DNA of 64,000 nt from a virus. The stretch lies in the IMG/VR virus record IMGVR_UViG_3300016657_000126, positions 120,885 through 184,884 of that record. One strand, 5' to 3'. Under the pieces are notes generated by a model. It was not told where the DNA came from and did no database searches. It was given only the letters and a program-made list of their open reading frames with translations. The translations under genes and the position numbers were made by a program. How positions within the stretch are numbered: position 1 is the stretch's first letter; each line of letters starts with the position of its first letter. Of this stretch, positions 52,197 through 61,984 are shown piece by piece.

Positions 52197-55010
52197 TTAC
52201 AGGTCGATGGTGACGGTGCCGGGAGCGTAGAGGATGTCGCTGTCGACGCCGTTGAGCGGCACGGGGACGTCCGCCTGGACGGTCGTGGTGACGCGGTCCA
52301 GGAGAGTCGGGTGCTGGGCAACGGAGAGGGAGCGGTAGTCGGTGATGAGCGGCCCGATGTCGATGTCGGCCGCCGAGGTCTGTGTGGCGGCGTTCAGCGT
52401 GACGGTAAGGTCGTGCTGGAGCGCGCTGAGCGTGCGGGCGGTGACGTTCTTCTTGCCGATGTATTTGTCGACGATCGCCTTGAACTGGAAGGCGAGGGTG
52501 TCGGCGACGGCCGTGACCGAGTCCTCGTAGTAGAGGAGGCCGCCATCGACGCCCGTGGTGAGCTGGTGGCGCACGTAGACGCCGCTCTGATCCGCGTCCT
52601 CCGCGAGGACGAGGGTGCCGGCGGCGGCCATGACGTTGAGCTGCTCCTCGCTGTAGCGCGTGTAGGTCGCGGCGGCGGAGGTCGAGGAGGTGATCGGGCG
52701 GCGGGTGAGGCCCTGCTGCGGGGCGATGGCGGCGCGGACGCCGGCCAGTTCCGCGGCATGGAAGCGCGCGGCGATGACCTGGGTGCTACTGTCGTAGACG
52801 GCGGTGGCTCCCTCGACCCAGACGTTGCGCACGCGGCGGTCGCCGAGCGCCTGGCTCTCGGCGGCGACGAAGGCGGCCTGGGTGGCGGGGGTGTCGGCCT
52901 TGAAGATCTTGTAGGGCACCGCGGGGCTGATGGGCGCGACAGGGCCGGCGGCGAGGACCAGCTCGGTGTTGGAGAGCACGGCCTCGACCGCATACTCCTG
53001 CCCGGAGCCGAGGACGAAGCGATCGCCGGCGGCGACACCGCGGGCGGCAAAGCCGTCGGCGAGATCGAATCCGGTAGCCGTCACGAGGCGATTTCCACCC
53101 GGATAGGCGGAGATCGTGGCGGTGAAGCTGCCTCCCTGCGGCGAGAGGTTGACCACGGCGTAAGAGCCGGGAGACTCGGTCGCGCAGAAGGCGCAGCGCC
53201 AGCGCTTCTTGGTGCGCGTGGACATGGCGACGACGTGATCGCGCGCGGTGACACGCACGTCGCGACGATCAGAGAGGATGGCTAGCGCGTAATACTTGTC
53301 GGCGTTAGCCAGCTTCTCGAGGGCGGCGGCGAAGGCCTCGGCGGTGTCGGCGCTGACGGCCAGCGCGTAGACGGCCTGGCCGGCGGAGAGGGCGCGTTCG
53401 CAACCGAACGCGAGTTCGTTGGCCGGCGTGATGCGCCCGAAGTTGGTGGCGATGGCGTCGACGCTGTCGATGAAGACAGGCTGGGCGGAAGCCGGAATGG
53501 TCGCGCGCCAGGTGGCGAACAGCTCGCCGGTGCCGTCTACGAACGGCACCCACTGGTAACCGGCCGTGCGGGAGGGAACCAGCATGCTCATGCCACCGAG
53601 GACTTCGATGCCGTCGTAGAGATCTACATTCCAAGCGGTGCCGTTGGCGGCGGCCGTGCGAGCGATCTCGCCGGTGTAGGCGATGCGGAAGGAAACTTCG
53701 GTGAGGGCGACCGAGGCGTCGATGAACAGGCCGGTGTCGACCGCCGGACCATCGAGGATAACGCCGTCGAAGGCGGTGCTCGAGGAGGTCGCGGCCTTGG
53801 CCTTGACGAAGTAGACGTCGCCCGTGCGAAGACCGCCCTGGGTGGGGAGCGCAGGCGTGGTGTTGAACTGCGCGCGGAGACCGTAGGTGCCGATGGTGAA
53901 GTTGGTGTTGTTGACGACGGTGACCTGGGAGGCCGTATCGATGCCCGCGGTGTCGGTGATCTCGAGGACCGCGCCGGCGTAGCCGTTGGCGGTACCGGTG
54001 ACGACGCGCACCATGTAGGTGGTGTCGATCGGCCCGGTATAGCCGGCGCCGGTGTCGGAAAGCACGAGCTGCGCGGTGCTGAGGCGCTGGTAGGTGGGAA
54101 ACACCTTGAAGCGGAAAACCTGCCCGGCGGTGACGTTACCGGCGGCGGTGGTGATGCGCACCGTCAGACCACCGAGCTCCGCGCTGGTGATCTGGTAGAC
54201 GCCGGCGGAGTTGGTCGAGGCCACGGCCGAGGCAGCGAAAAGGCCGGAGGTGGAGGCGATGTTGAAGGTGGCGACGCCGGGCGCGCCGGGATTGGCGACG
54301 GTGAGGATAAACTCCTCGCCGTATTTGCCCTCGAGGAAGGCGCCGCGGATAAGCCCATTGAAGGCGTTGGCGTTGGTCGTGGCGATCGTGAAGCCCGGAG
54401 GCGCCGAAACCGTGACGAGGCCGGCGCCGGGATCCGCGGTGACCGGATTGAATGCGCTGTTGGCGAGATTGCCGTCGGCGCCGTCGGAGCCGTAGTCGGA
54501 GGCGAGACGACGCCCGACGAGGCCCGTGACGGTGCGGCGGCGGGAGCCGAAGGCGGTGCGCACGTGGACAACGTCCCCGATCTGAACTCCGCGACCGTAG
54601 AGCGATGCGTGCAGGCTGTCGCCGGCCAGATTGGTAGCGGCGATGAGGCGGACGACCGAGGGCTGGTCGATGGCGTCGATCTTGAAGGTGGTGCCGGCGG
54701 CGATGCTGTTCGCGAGCTCGGCCTCGAGGCCCTCACCGAACAAACGGGTGAAGGCGTTGTCGACGAGGTGCGCGGCGGGCTTGATAACTTGCGGGCCGGC
54801 GGCACTCAGCTTGTAAGCAAGGGGGAGCATCAGACCGGCGGAATCGAATGCGACACCCGCGACCTTGGGGTCGATGCCATAGCGCTGCAGGTTGTAGCAG
54901 AGACCCAGCACAACCGCGTGACGCGAGGCGGCGGCCACACCTTGGACTACCGCCAAAGTCTGACGGATGGTGGATTGAGGCGCAGAGTAATTCGGAATCG
55001 TCGAGGGCAT
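52197..55010 (-). CDS. contractile tail sheath protein
   Basis: 937 aa; C-terminal PQQGLT, EQLNVMAAAG, VRHQLTT, YIGKKN, VPLNGVD. Confidence 0.85.
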   Translation of the reverse strand: MPSTIPNYSAPQSTIRQTLAVVQGVAAASRHAVVLGLCYNLQRYGIDPKVAGVAFDSAGLMLPLAYKLSAAGPQVIKPAAHLVDNAFTRLFGEGLEAELANSIAAGTTFKIDAIDQPSVVRLIAATNLAGDSLHASLYGRGVQIGDVVHVRTAFGSRRRTVTGLVGRRLASDYGSDGADGNLANSAFNPVTADPGAGLVTVSAPPGFTIATTNANAFNGLIRGAFLEGKYGEEFILTVANPGAPGVATFNIASTSGLFAASAVASTNSAGVYQITSAELGGLTVRITTAAGNVTAGQVFRFKVFPTYQRLSTAQLVLSDTGAGYTGPIDTTYMVRVVTGTANGYAGAVLEITDTAGIDTASQVTVVNNTNFTIGTYGLRAQFNTTPALPTQGGLRTGDVYFVKAKAATSSSTAFDGVILDGPAVDTGLFIDASVALTEVSFRIAYTGEIARTAAANGTAWNVDLYDGIEVLGGMSMLVPSRTAGYQWVPFVDGTGELFATWRATIPASAQPVFIDSVDAIATNFGRITPANELAFGCERALSAGQAVYALAVSADTAEAFAAALEKLANADKYYALAILSDRRDVRVTARDHVVAMSTRTKKRWRCAFCATESPGSYAVVNLSPQGGSFTATISAYPGGNRLVTATGFDLADGFAARGVAAGDRFVLGSGQEYAVEAVLSNTELVLAAGPVAPISPAVPYKIFKADTPATQAAFVAAESQALGDRRVRNVWVEGATAVYDSSTQVIAARFHAAELAGVRAAIAPQQGLTRRPITSSTSAAATYTRYSEEQLNVMAAAGTLVLAEDADQSGVYVRHQLTTGVDGGLLYYEDSVTAVADTLAFQFKAIVDKYIGKKNVTARTLSALQHDLTVTLNAATQTSAADIDIGPLITDYRSLSVAQHPTLLDRVTTTVQADVPVPLNGVDSDILYAPGTVTIDL

Positions 55011-55019
55011 GTTGTGAAA

Positions 55020-55048
55020 GATTTTTCAGTTATGGAAAAACGAGTCAA
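55020..55048 (-). promoter_or_regulatory. sigma70-like promoter upstream of sheath gene
   Basis: TTGACT-16/17 nt-AAAAAT in an AT-rich intergenic gap. Confidence 0.4.
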
Positions 55049-55060
55049 CGGAGCGCACCT

Positions 55061-55726
55061 TCACTGACCTGCGCGCGCCTGAATTTCGGCCTCAGCCTTC
55101 TTCATCAGCAGCGTTTCTTCACGCAACGTCACCGCGTAGTCTATGTGCATGCGCAGCCCGGTAGAGGCGATCCACGCTTCCTTCATGCGCGGGCTTTTTT
55201 TCGGCATGATGATTCCGGTCGGAGCTACCGCGCGAACTTTGTCGAGTGCCCGCATCACAGGCATGAGTCCGATCATGTGGACCATCAGACCTTCGGCCAG
55301 AGCCAGCGCCTGATCGTAGCGCGGAGTCTCGATTTCCACCGAGAGAATCGTGTCCGGCATCTGGTAAACGATGTTGGCTGTCGCACCATCATCGTAGTTA
55401 TCTTCCGAGAGTTCACCCTCGTTGTTCATCGACGTGCGCAGGGTGTTGATGTCACCGAGACGCACCGTCAGCAGCGGGAGATTGGATTGATCTGTCGGCG
55501 TCACCTTACCGTCGAGGTCGATCCAGATGGTGTTCTCCGCCGGGTTCTCGGGGTTGTATCGCAGGCACTTCAGGTCCTCGGAAATTCCCTCGCGCGCCTG
55601 CTCGTCCATCAAGAACACCTCGATGGAGCTCAGCGCGATCTTGCGCAGCAGCACCAACGAAAAGGGAGTGGTGGGGCAGCGCCGGAGAAACTCCAGGCGG
55701 TCGGCGGTGACGGAAGGCAGGCTCAT
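55061..55726 (-). CDS. putative tail terminator/completion protein
   Basis: 221 aa immediately upstream of the sheath; positional call. Confidence 0.5.
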   Translation of the reverse strand: MSLPSVTADRLEFLRRCPTTPFSLVLLRKIALSSIEVFLMDEQAREGISEDLKCLRYNPENPAENTIWIDLDGKVTPTDQSNLPLLTVRLGDINTLRTSMNNEGELSEDNYDDGATANIVYQMPDTILSVEIETPRYDQALALAEGLMVHMIGLMPVMRALDKVRAVAPTGIIMPKKSPRMKEAWIASTGLRMHIDYAVTLREETLLMKKAEAEIQARAGQ

Positions 55727-56532
55727 GACTGGATCTTGATTTGAGGCACAGGAAGCCGGTAGCGCGGATCCGACTTTGGCAGTAGCTGCACTTCCGCGCG
55801 ATAGGCGATCGGGTAGACGCCCTTGAACGCGAACGGCACGACCTGGTCGCCGATGACGTAGCGTTCATCGGTGCGCGGCTGCACGATCAAGCACTCGTGT
55901 CGCGGGCGAGGAAATGCCAGCAGCCGAACAACCCTGTTCACCGGTCCGCTCACTTTCCGCGTGCCGTCGTGCGCTGTGATTATCGATCCAATGTTCTCGA
56001 GGATCATGCGTGTCTGCACCGGCGGCTGGAAACCTCCGATGAAACGCTGACCGTAGCAGTCCTGGTCAGGCGGGACATCACGACAGTCGAACATCGCACC
56101 TTGCCCGGAGTGCGGATCGACACCGGGGCAAGGGCGGCCGCTGTAGAGCGGAAAGAACATCAGGATCGGAACCGCCTGATACTGCATCGTGCGCAGCTCT
56201 TCGCGGATCATCGCCGCGCACGCCGCCTTCTCCATGCGCGTCAGATCCTCGAATACTGCGACGGGAAGCGAGGCGAGTTTGTCTCCGTTCGCTTTGCGAA
56301 GAAGGAGTCGATAATGGGGCGTCTCGTTGAAAGACTGAGGGCGATATGTCTCGTCGGTGAACGCACCCATCGCAGAAGGCACGGGAGCAGTCTCGTTGAG
56401 CAGTATCCACTCCCCGACGCCCGTGATGCTGCGGTAGACGAACACCTCGCCAGCCGCTCCGCCCGACAGCGCCCAAGACACGTGCATCTTGCGACCGCCG
56501 TAGTCGGGTTGAACTCGGACGTCTTGCCACAT
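55723..56532 (-). CDS. putative neck/head-closure protein
   Basis: Start MWQDVRV; GRPC...CYGQRFIGGF motif; neck position. Confidence 0.55.
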   Translation of the reverse strand: MWQDVRVQPDYGGRKMHVSWALSGGAAGEVFVYRSITGVGEWILLNETAPVPSAMGAFTDETYRPQSFNETPHYRLLLRKANGDKLASLPVAVFEDLTRMEKAACAAMIREELRTMQYQAVPILMFFPLYSGRPCPGVDPHSGQGAMFDCRDVPPDQDCYGQRFIGGFQPPVQTRMILENIGSIITAHDGTRKVSGPVNRVVRLLAFPRPRHECLIVQPRTDERYVIGDQVVPFAFKGVYPIAYRAEVQLLPKSDPRYRLPVPQIKIQS

Positions 56533-56533
56533 G

Positions 56534-57016
56534 CTAGTAGTGTTTGAAAAAACCCATCCGGTTTTTGTATCGCTTCTGGTCGCTGGCGGCCTGCCTGAAA
56601 TCAACCTCGTGCTTGGCACGGAGCGCCTCGACGTGCTTCAGGCGCCGCGCTACGATATTCGCCTGCACTCCGCCGGCGGAGTAGTCGATGTCCTGCTTCG
56701 AGAGCTTGCGGTAGAGCAGCGCATAGAGCTCGGCGGCGATCGCGTCGAAGAACACCATGGTGTTCGAGGGAAGATGATCCGGGCAGGCGGAGTCGATGAA
56801 TGGCGGGATGCCGTTGTAGCGGCGCGCGGCATTGACCATCGCCAAAGTGATCTCTTCCGGCGAGAACTCCACATCCACCCCGGTGGTCGTCAGCTCGATG
56901 GCGTCGGACGTCATGAAACTCCGCACCATCTCCGCGTCGATCGGGCGGTTCAGATCTGCGGCCGCGCTTTTCTGCGCAGCCGCCACGCGCGTCTCCCTGG
57001 GGGTGGGTTCGCTCAT
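56534..57016 (-). CDS. putative head-tail adaptor
   Basis: Start MSEPTP; EFSPEEI..A...YN.IPP, DYSAGGV. Confidence 0.55.
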   Translation of the reverse strand: MSEPTPRETRVAAAQKSAAADLNRPIDAEMVRSFMTSDAIELTTTGVDVEFSPEEITLAMVNAARRYNGIPPFIDSACPDHLPSNTMVFFDAIAAELYALLYRKLSKQDIDYSAGGVQANIVARRLKHVEALRAKHEVDFRQAASDQKRYKNRMGFFKHY

Positions 57017-57018
57017 TT

Positions 57019-58179
57019 TCAGTTGTTCCATCCAGCGGGCATGAGCTGGAGGTTGGCGCGGTTGTTCTCGATGCCGCGGCGATACTCGAGCTCGCGGCGG
57101 CGCGCCACGAGGTCGGCCGCGCGCTGCTCGGCGCCGGAGACACGCGCCCACACGTTGTTGAGCAGTCCGCCGAAACTGCGGTCGTCGGCGCGTGCGAGCA
57201 GATTCTCCAGGGGCGCCTCGAGCTCGCGCTGACGCGCCAGCGCCTTGTTGATGGTGGCGAGACGGTCGGCGCCGGACTGGCGGGCGCGCGCTTGGTCGGT
57301 CTCGAAGCCGGAAAGGTCGCGCCCGACTGAGTCGGAAAGCTCGGCGTGGCGTTTCTGCAGCTCGCGCAGCTCGCGCGATTTCAGGCGGGCCTCGAGCGAG
57401 CCCGAGAGCCCGATGCCCGATCGAGTCCTCGCCTGAATTTCCGCCATCTGCGACTCCAGGAGTTGGAGCTCCTGCTGCTTGCGCCGGAGGCCGGCGCCGG
57501 CGTCACCGATACCCACATTGGATCCGCTGGCGATCGACGACGGGTCGACGTAGGAAGGAAGGAAACCTTCGGCTGGCATGCGGGAATCGGAACGGAGCGC
57601 GCTGCTCGCCATTCCACCAAGACCGCCTACGGCGGCGCCGATACGACCACCGCCGATTCCGATTCCAAGACGCCCGGCTGCACCGCCCATGCCGGCGTAG
57701 GTGAGAGTGTCGCGCATCCAGTCAGGCATGGCCTCGGAGACCGGATTCTGCGTGCCGGCGAGGAGTCCGGTGCCAGCCATGCCTGCCGCCTCAAGCATGC
57801 TGCGCCCACTGAAGCGCCCGAGGCGTCCGTATCCGGCGAGACGCTTCGCGAAGCCGGAACTGACTGCTTTTGCGGCGGGAGCCTTCGCGGCGGCGGTGGC
57901 GGCCGTGGCGCCGGCGTGACCACCCAGCGAGCGGAGAAAAGCTTTGGATCCGTTCCAGCCGGCGCGCGCGAGCTGGCTCATCGGACTGGCCGACTTCACC
58001 ACACTGCGCGCGCCTTCAAGCCCGGCGGCAGTGCGTGTGGTGACGAACAGCGGCGTTACTTGCTCCAACACCGCGCTGGCTTCCTTCTCGGTGAGCCCGC
58101 GGTTGTAGCATTCGGTTACGACGCCCTCGGCGAAGGCAAAAAACTTCTCCGCAGACTCTTTGGTGAGCACGATCTCCAT
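57019..58179 (-). CDS. hypothetical virion-associated protein (Gly-rich hydrophobic segment, coiled coil)
   Basis: 386 aa; K-x-A motifs in the N-terminus. Confidence 0.6.
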   Translation of the reverse strand: MEIVLTKESAEKFFAFAEGVVTECYNRGLTEKEASAVLEQVTPLFVTTRTAAGLEGARSVVKSASPMSQLARAGWNGSKAFLRSLGGHAGATAATAAAKAPAAKAVSSGFAKRLAGYGRLGRFSGRSMLEAAGMAGTGLLAGTQNPVSEAMPDWMRDTLTYAGMGGAAGRLGIGIGGGRIGAAVGGLGGMASSALRSDSRMPAEGFLPSYVDPSSIASGSNVGIGDAGAGLRRKQQELQLLESQMAEIQARTRSGIGLSGSLEARLKSRELRELQKRHAELSDSVGRDLSGFETDQARARQSGADRLATINKALARQRELEAPLENLLARADDRSFGGLLNNVWARVSGAEQRAADLVARRRELEYRRGIENNRANLQLMPAGWNN

Positions 58180-58233
58180 GATGCGGGAGTGTGCAGCGGG
58201 CCGTTCCCGCAGGCAAGCCAGCCGCTGACGGCT

Positions 58234-58261
58234 AAAAAAAAAGACCCGCCGAAGCGGGTCT
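58234..58261 (-). terminator. intrinsic terminator
   Basis: AGACCCGC-TTCG-GCGGGTCT followed by a T-run. Confidence 0.8.
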
Positions 58262-58276
58262 CGTGGAGCGCGATGC

Positions 58277-58648
58277 TCAGGTCTGTTCGACGTTACTGCC
58301 CTGGCGTCGCGGCACCGTGGTCAGAATCACGAACGCCGCGTAGCCGGCGACGCATATCCAGACCATCGGAGCGATGAACAGGCAGAGGGTCAGGAAGCCG
58401 CTGAGGAATACCCCCAGCACAACCGTGCCTGGCACGCGGAACCAGGCGGTGATTCGATGCCGTGGCGATCCGGGAACGGAGGGCGACAGGGCCTCGAGCA
58501 CCGCGAGGATGACTCCGACGCCGACCAAGGCCGACGTCACGATCATGGCCACATGCGGCGCCACGAGGAAGCCGAAGGTGACCGCACTGATGAGGACAGA
58601 AAGGACGATGACAGCGTTCATCATCCCGAATTTTTCGATGAGTTTCAT
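58277..58648 (-). CDS. 4-TM membrane protein
   Basis: Start MKLIEKF; four hydrophobic segments. Confidence 0.65.
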   Translation of the reverse strand: MKLIEKFGMMNAVIVLSVLISAVTFGFLVAPHVAMIVTSALVGVGVILAVLEALSPSVPGSPRHRITAWFRVPGTVVLGVFLSGFLTLCLFIAPMVWICVAGYAAFVILTTVPRRQGSNVEQT

Positions 58649-58683
58649 GTTGGTGGTGTGCCCGGAACCCCCGGGCGCGGAAC

Positions 58684-58929
58684 TTAGTTGGGCCAATCCT
58701 GACACCGCGTGAAGCGGTCGGCCAGGGCGTTGGCGCCGATGGATTTCGTTGCGATGGTGGGGCAGTCCGCGGGCTGGAGAACTCCAGCTTCCCGCGCGCG
58801 ATCGATATACTGGACCGTCGTCTCCGTGACGAGAGGCGGCAGAAGAAACGCGGCGGCGAGGTAGTCGTCGCGCTCCTTCTTCGGAAACCGCGCGGCGATA
58901 CCGCACGGCGGAGTGGGCTTTGTGAGCAT
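58684..58929 (-). CDS. small hypothetical protein
   Basis: Start MLTKPT, 81 aa. Confidence 0.45.
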   Translation of the reverse strand: MLTKPTPPCGIAARFPKKERDDYLAAAFLLPPLVTETTVQYIDRAREAGVLQPADCPTIATKSIGANALADRFTRCQDWPN

Positions 58930-58930
58930 G

Positions 58931-59015
58931 AAAAAACGCGACCGAAGTCGCGTCTGAGTTTTGAGCGGCGGTGACGAGTGTTGTTGCACCCGGTTATCCG
59001 TGTCACCGCCGCTCA
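58931..59015 (-). ncRNA. structured RNA element plus terminator
   Basis: Perfect 14-bp stem 58962-58975/59002-59015 enclosing small hairpins, then ACGCGAC-TTCG-GTCGCGT-TTTTT. Confidence 0.45.
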
Positions 59016-59091
59016 CCGTGAATCTGCCGGCGCAGGCTGAATATCAGCGTTCCTATGCAAGCGTCCTTGGAGCGCCGCCGTAAGCGAAGAA

Positions 59092-59385
59092 TTAAACTCC
59101 GCGGCGTTTGCGACGCTTGCGCTTTGCCGGCTTTGCGGCCGGCAAAGCGACCGGTGCGTCGGGTCCGAGACGATCCCGCAGGTCCTTCTCGGCCGACTCC
59201 AGTTCGTGAAGCCGCGCGGCGCAGCGCGACTCGATGAACCGGGCGACCGACTGCGGATCGTGCCGAATCACTTCTTCCCAGACGCTCTGCCTTTCCAGCA
59301 GAGCAATCTTCTCGTGCTGCAGCGCCAGGAGCAGGCGCGTCAGCTGAATCTTGGTCAGGTGGGGCTGGCGAACTAGGTTGTTCAT
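59092..59385 (-). CDS. hypothetical protein with basic tail
   Basis: 97 aa. Confidence 0.6.
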   Translation of the reverse strand: MNNLVRQPHLTKIQLTRLLLALQHEKIALLERQSVWEEVIRHDPQSVARFIESRCAARLHELESAEKDLRDRLGPDAPVALPAAKPAKRKRRKRRGV

Positions 59386-59679
59386 TTAGGCTTCGGCAGT
59401 CAGGAGCTGGTTGCGGTTGGCGTCGTCCAGAACGAGCGCATCGTTCTCGGCGTCGTAGGTGAACGTAACGCGAGTCGGTCCGCGCTCGGTTTGCACGAGC
59501 AGGGTGACGAGGTGTTTACGCGTCGTCTGCCCGAGAGCGAGATCGTAAGTATCGTCGCGCTCGAGCTTGATGACGCTGGTCTGGCGACCGGCCCAGGAGT
59601 AAGTCTCGCCCGACACATAGTGGGCGAGGAGCTCGGACATCTTGGCCTTAACGGGAGTAGCAGGGAGGGTGGAGTTCAT
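59386..59679 (-). CDS. hypothetical protein
   Basis: 97 aa, abuts the next gene. Confidence 0.6.
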   Translation of the reverse strand: MNSTLPATPVKAKMSELLAHYVSGETYSWAGRQTSVIKLERDDTYDLALGQTTRKHLVTLLVQTERGPTRVTFTYDAENDALVLDDANRNQLLTAEA

Positions 59680-59708
59680 GATGGGTGAGAGGTTGAGTGC
59701 GGCGCGGT

Positions 59709-60638
59709 TTATTCTGCAGAGGCGACGCGGCGGAGCGCGTCTTCAACAGCGATCTCGGCCAGCCGCAGCGCATCCTCCTTCGAGGCGGCGCCGCAGATGA
59801 ACAGGTTCCTGTGCACGAACGTGGAGATCGGAGGCGGCTGAAGGATCCACGACGACGGAAGCGAAATCTTCACGGCGCCCTTGGTTTCGGACGGAACGGC
59901 CTGCACGCGCCAAGATCCATCGTCCGCCGGAAACACGGCGTAGAGGATGTCGGCTACGCGCGGACCACCGCGGCGAACAACGTGGATCCATGGACGGAAC
60001 TCGTCCAGGCTCAGCACGCGACTGAGCGCCCCACGCTGTGTGGCTGCGCGCAGGCACGCCTGCCAGACCTCGGCGATGTGGTAGCGCTCGTGCTGCTCGC
60101 GCCGAAGCGCGCGCCACAGAACGCCACGAGCAAACTCGACAGCGGCCTTGAACTCGGCGTCGCGCGCTCCGGACATCTCGCCGTTCATGAGCGAGATTAG
60201 CTGGCTTATCGTGACGCACGGAGTCTTCGGGAAGATGCCGTTGTCGGCCGCATCGATTCCAACAACTAGGCTGGATTCTATGCGCTCGTGGATCGGCGTC
60301 TTCAATTCGTCGGGCAGTTCGTCTGGCAGCGCGAGCTGGTAGTCTCGGCAGATCAGCTCCCCATACTCCAACCACACCAAGCCGAAGCTGGCGTAGGGAA
60401 CGTGTGAGAAGCCGGACTTGGGGTCGCGCTGCCGCGCCACACCCTGGTGGTGATCAAAGCGTCGCTGGGTCGGAAAATACTCGCCGCCGACGTCGACTCG
60501 GAAACTGGCTGTGGAGAGCTTGGCCTCGTCGCGGGTGCGGATGATCTCGGCATCCGCCATACCCGGCAGCAGAGTCAGCGTGGCGACAGCGAATACATCG
60601 TCGGCGTGGAAGATACCGTCGTGGGTAGCGATTTTCAT
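59709..60638 (-). CDS. MYG1-family (UPF0160, DHH-like) exonuclease
   Basis: IATHDGIFHADDVFA, IIRTRD, VDVGG, FDHHQ, YASFGLVW, IDAADNG, FVH...FI. Confidence 0.9.
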   Translation of the reverse strand: MKIATHDGIFHADDVFAVATLTLLPGMADAEIIRTRDEAKLSTASFRVDVGGEYFPTQRRFDHHQGVARQRDPKSGFSHVPYASFGLVWLEYGELICRDYQLALPDELPDELKTPIHERIESSLVVGIDAADNGIFPKTPCVTISQLISLMNGEMSGARDAEFKAAVEFARGVLWRALRREQHERYHIAEVWQACLRAATQRGALSRVLSLDEFRPWIHVVRRGGPRVADILYAVFPADDGSWRVQAVPSETKGAVKISLPSSWILQPPPISTFVHRNLFICGAASKEDALRLAEIAVEDALRRVASAE

Positions 60639-60655
60639 GGGACTATAATCTCATG

Positions 60656-60840
60656 CGCGCGGTGGACACCGCGGCCCCTGGGTGGAGGACCCGACGCACT
60701 AGGGGCGTGCGCCGGGTAGTTCGTCGACGGGTCGATAAACCCGCCGCGTAACCAATTATTGCACGGCGCACTAACCGTCCGCATCTGGAGGTTTCTCCGG
60801 ACGCGGACTCAGACCGAGTGCGGGGAACGCACTCGGTTAA
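60656..60840 (+). ncRNA. candidate structured ncRNA with five tandem hairpins
   Basis: TATAAT at 60644-60649; stems 60658-73, 60674-706, 60707-71, 60777-808, 60813-37; G.U pairs favour the + strand. Confidence 0.5.
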
Positions 60841-60918
60841 AATGAACAGCCGCCCACCGGAGAGGTAGTGGTTGCTCAGAGATATATGACACAAAACACC
60901 CCGCCGTTGCAGGGCACG

Positions 60919-60947
60919 AAAAAGCCCCTGGCGGCGAAGCCAGGGGC
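60919..60947 (-). terminator. intrinsic terminator of capsid gene
   Basis: GCCCCTGGC/GCCAGGGGC stem followed by TTTTT. Confidence 0.8.
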
Positions 60948-60980
60948 GGAAATCAAAGCGCTATCTGCGCCAGAGTGTCC

Positions 60981-61940
60981 TTAGGGGACGAACTCGTAGC
61001 GGCGGATGGCGTTGACGTTGGCGAAGGTGAAGCCGACCTTCTCGACCGCCTGGAAGCGCACGAAGTCCTTCTCGCGCTTCACATACATGGTGATCGGCTG
61101 GAGGGTGTAGTGCTTGCCGAGATAATTCGGCGGAGCGAAGGTGAACACCTCGTTGTCGAGCACGAGCTCGTTCTTGATGGTCAGAACGTGGTCGATGCCG
61201 AACCAGCGGAACTTCTGCACGGCGCGGGTGCCGTCGGTGAGCATGCGCTCGGAGAGGTCGCCGCCGGCCTCGTCGCGGCCCATCTTGAGGAACTCGTTCG
61301 CGGTGCGCCGGTTCACGAGGGCCACGCCGTTGTTCAGCTTGGCGTCCTCGAGGCCGTTCTTCACCTCGACGTAGCTCTGACGGTTGATGGAGCCGGCGAT
61401 GGAGAAGTTCTGGGGAACATTCGCCAGGCCGTTGCCGCCGATGTTGCCGACGGTGCGGCGCGCGGTGCGGACGAAACGGAAGTCCTTTTCCGTCTGCATG
61501 TCCTTGAGCGCGTTGTCGGTGGTGATCTTGCGATGGTCACCCTTCCAGTTCTTCAGGCGGTAGACATTCGCCACGAACTCGGGAGATTGGATCTCCGAGA
61601 AGGTGACGATGAACTTCGAGCCTTCGAAGTAGTAGGTGTCGGGGGCGGTGCCGAAGGGCACGTTCACGGCGCCCGGGATGTCACCTTCCATCTCCTCGAT
61701 GACTTGCGGGAAGTCGGTGTCGAGGACGTAGGCCATCTGGGAGTCGGGAACGGTCTCCGCGGGGAGGATCGCCTCGCAGAAGGAGTTTTCACGCAGGCGA
61801 CGGCGAATGACGCGGTCGTTGGACGCGGAGGCCTCCTTGTTGTGGCGATGAAGTTGACCGCCCTCGGGGACATCGAGGACGGCGTCGCGATAGGAATCGG
61901 ACGTGATGAAAGAATCGTATTCGGTGGCGAGCTTATCCAT
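60981..61940 (-). CDS. major capsid protein
   Basis: 319 aa with strongly biased codons; IRRRLRENSFCEAILP, HK97-like C-terminus FQAVEKVGFTFAN; followed by a terminator. Confidence 0.85.
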   Translation of the reverse strand: MDKLATEYDSFITSDSYRDAVLDVPEGGQLHRHNKEASASNDRVIRRRLRENSFCEAILPAETVPDSQMAYVLDTDFPQVIEEMEGDIPGAVNVPFGTAPDTYYFEGSKFIVTFSEIQSPEFVANVYRLKNWKGDHRKITTDNALKDMQTEKDFRFVRTARRTVGNIGGNGLANVPQNFSIAGSINRQSYVEVKNGLEDAKLNNGVALVNRRTANEFLKMGRDEAGGDLSERMLTDGTRAVQKFRWFGIDHVLTIKNELVLDNEVFTFAPPNYLGKHYTLQPITMYVKREKDFVRFQAVEKVGFTFANVNAIRRYEFVP

Positions 61941-61984
61941 GGTAGGAATTCCTGTTGTAGGTTTCGTTTTGGGTTAGCTCGGCG

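Noticed and set aside
58931-60840. tRNA, tmRNA or SRP identity for the structured intergenic regions
   Set aside because: No T-loop GTTCRA, CCA end, tag ORF or SRP domain IV motif recognised.
61941-61955. GGAATT in the major capsid leader as an sRNA target
   Set aside because: Only 6 nt, overlapping an ordinary AGGA RBS, and lacking the CCCACTT seed.
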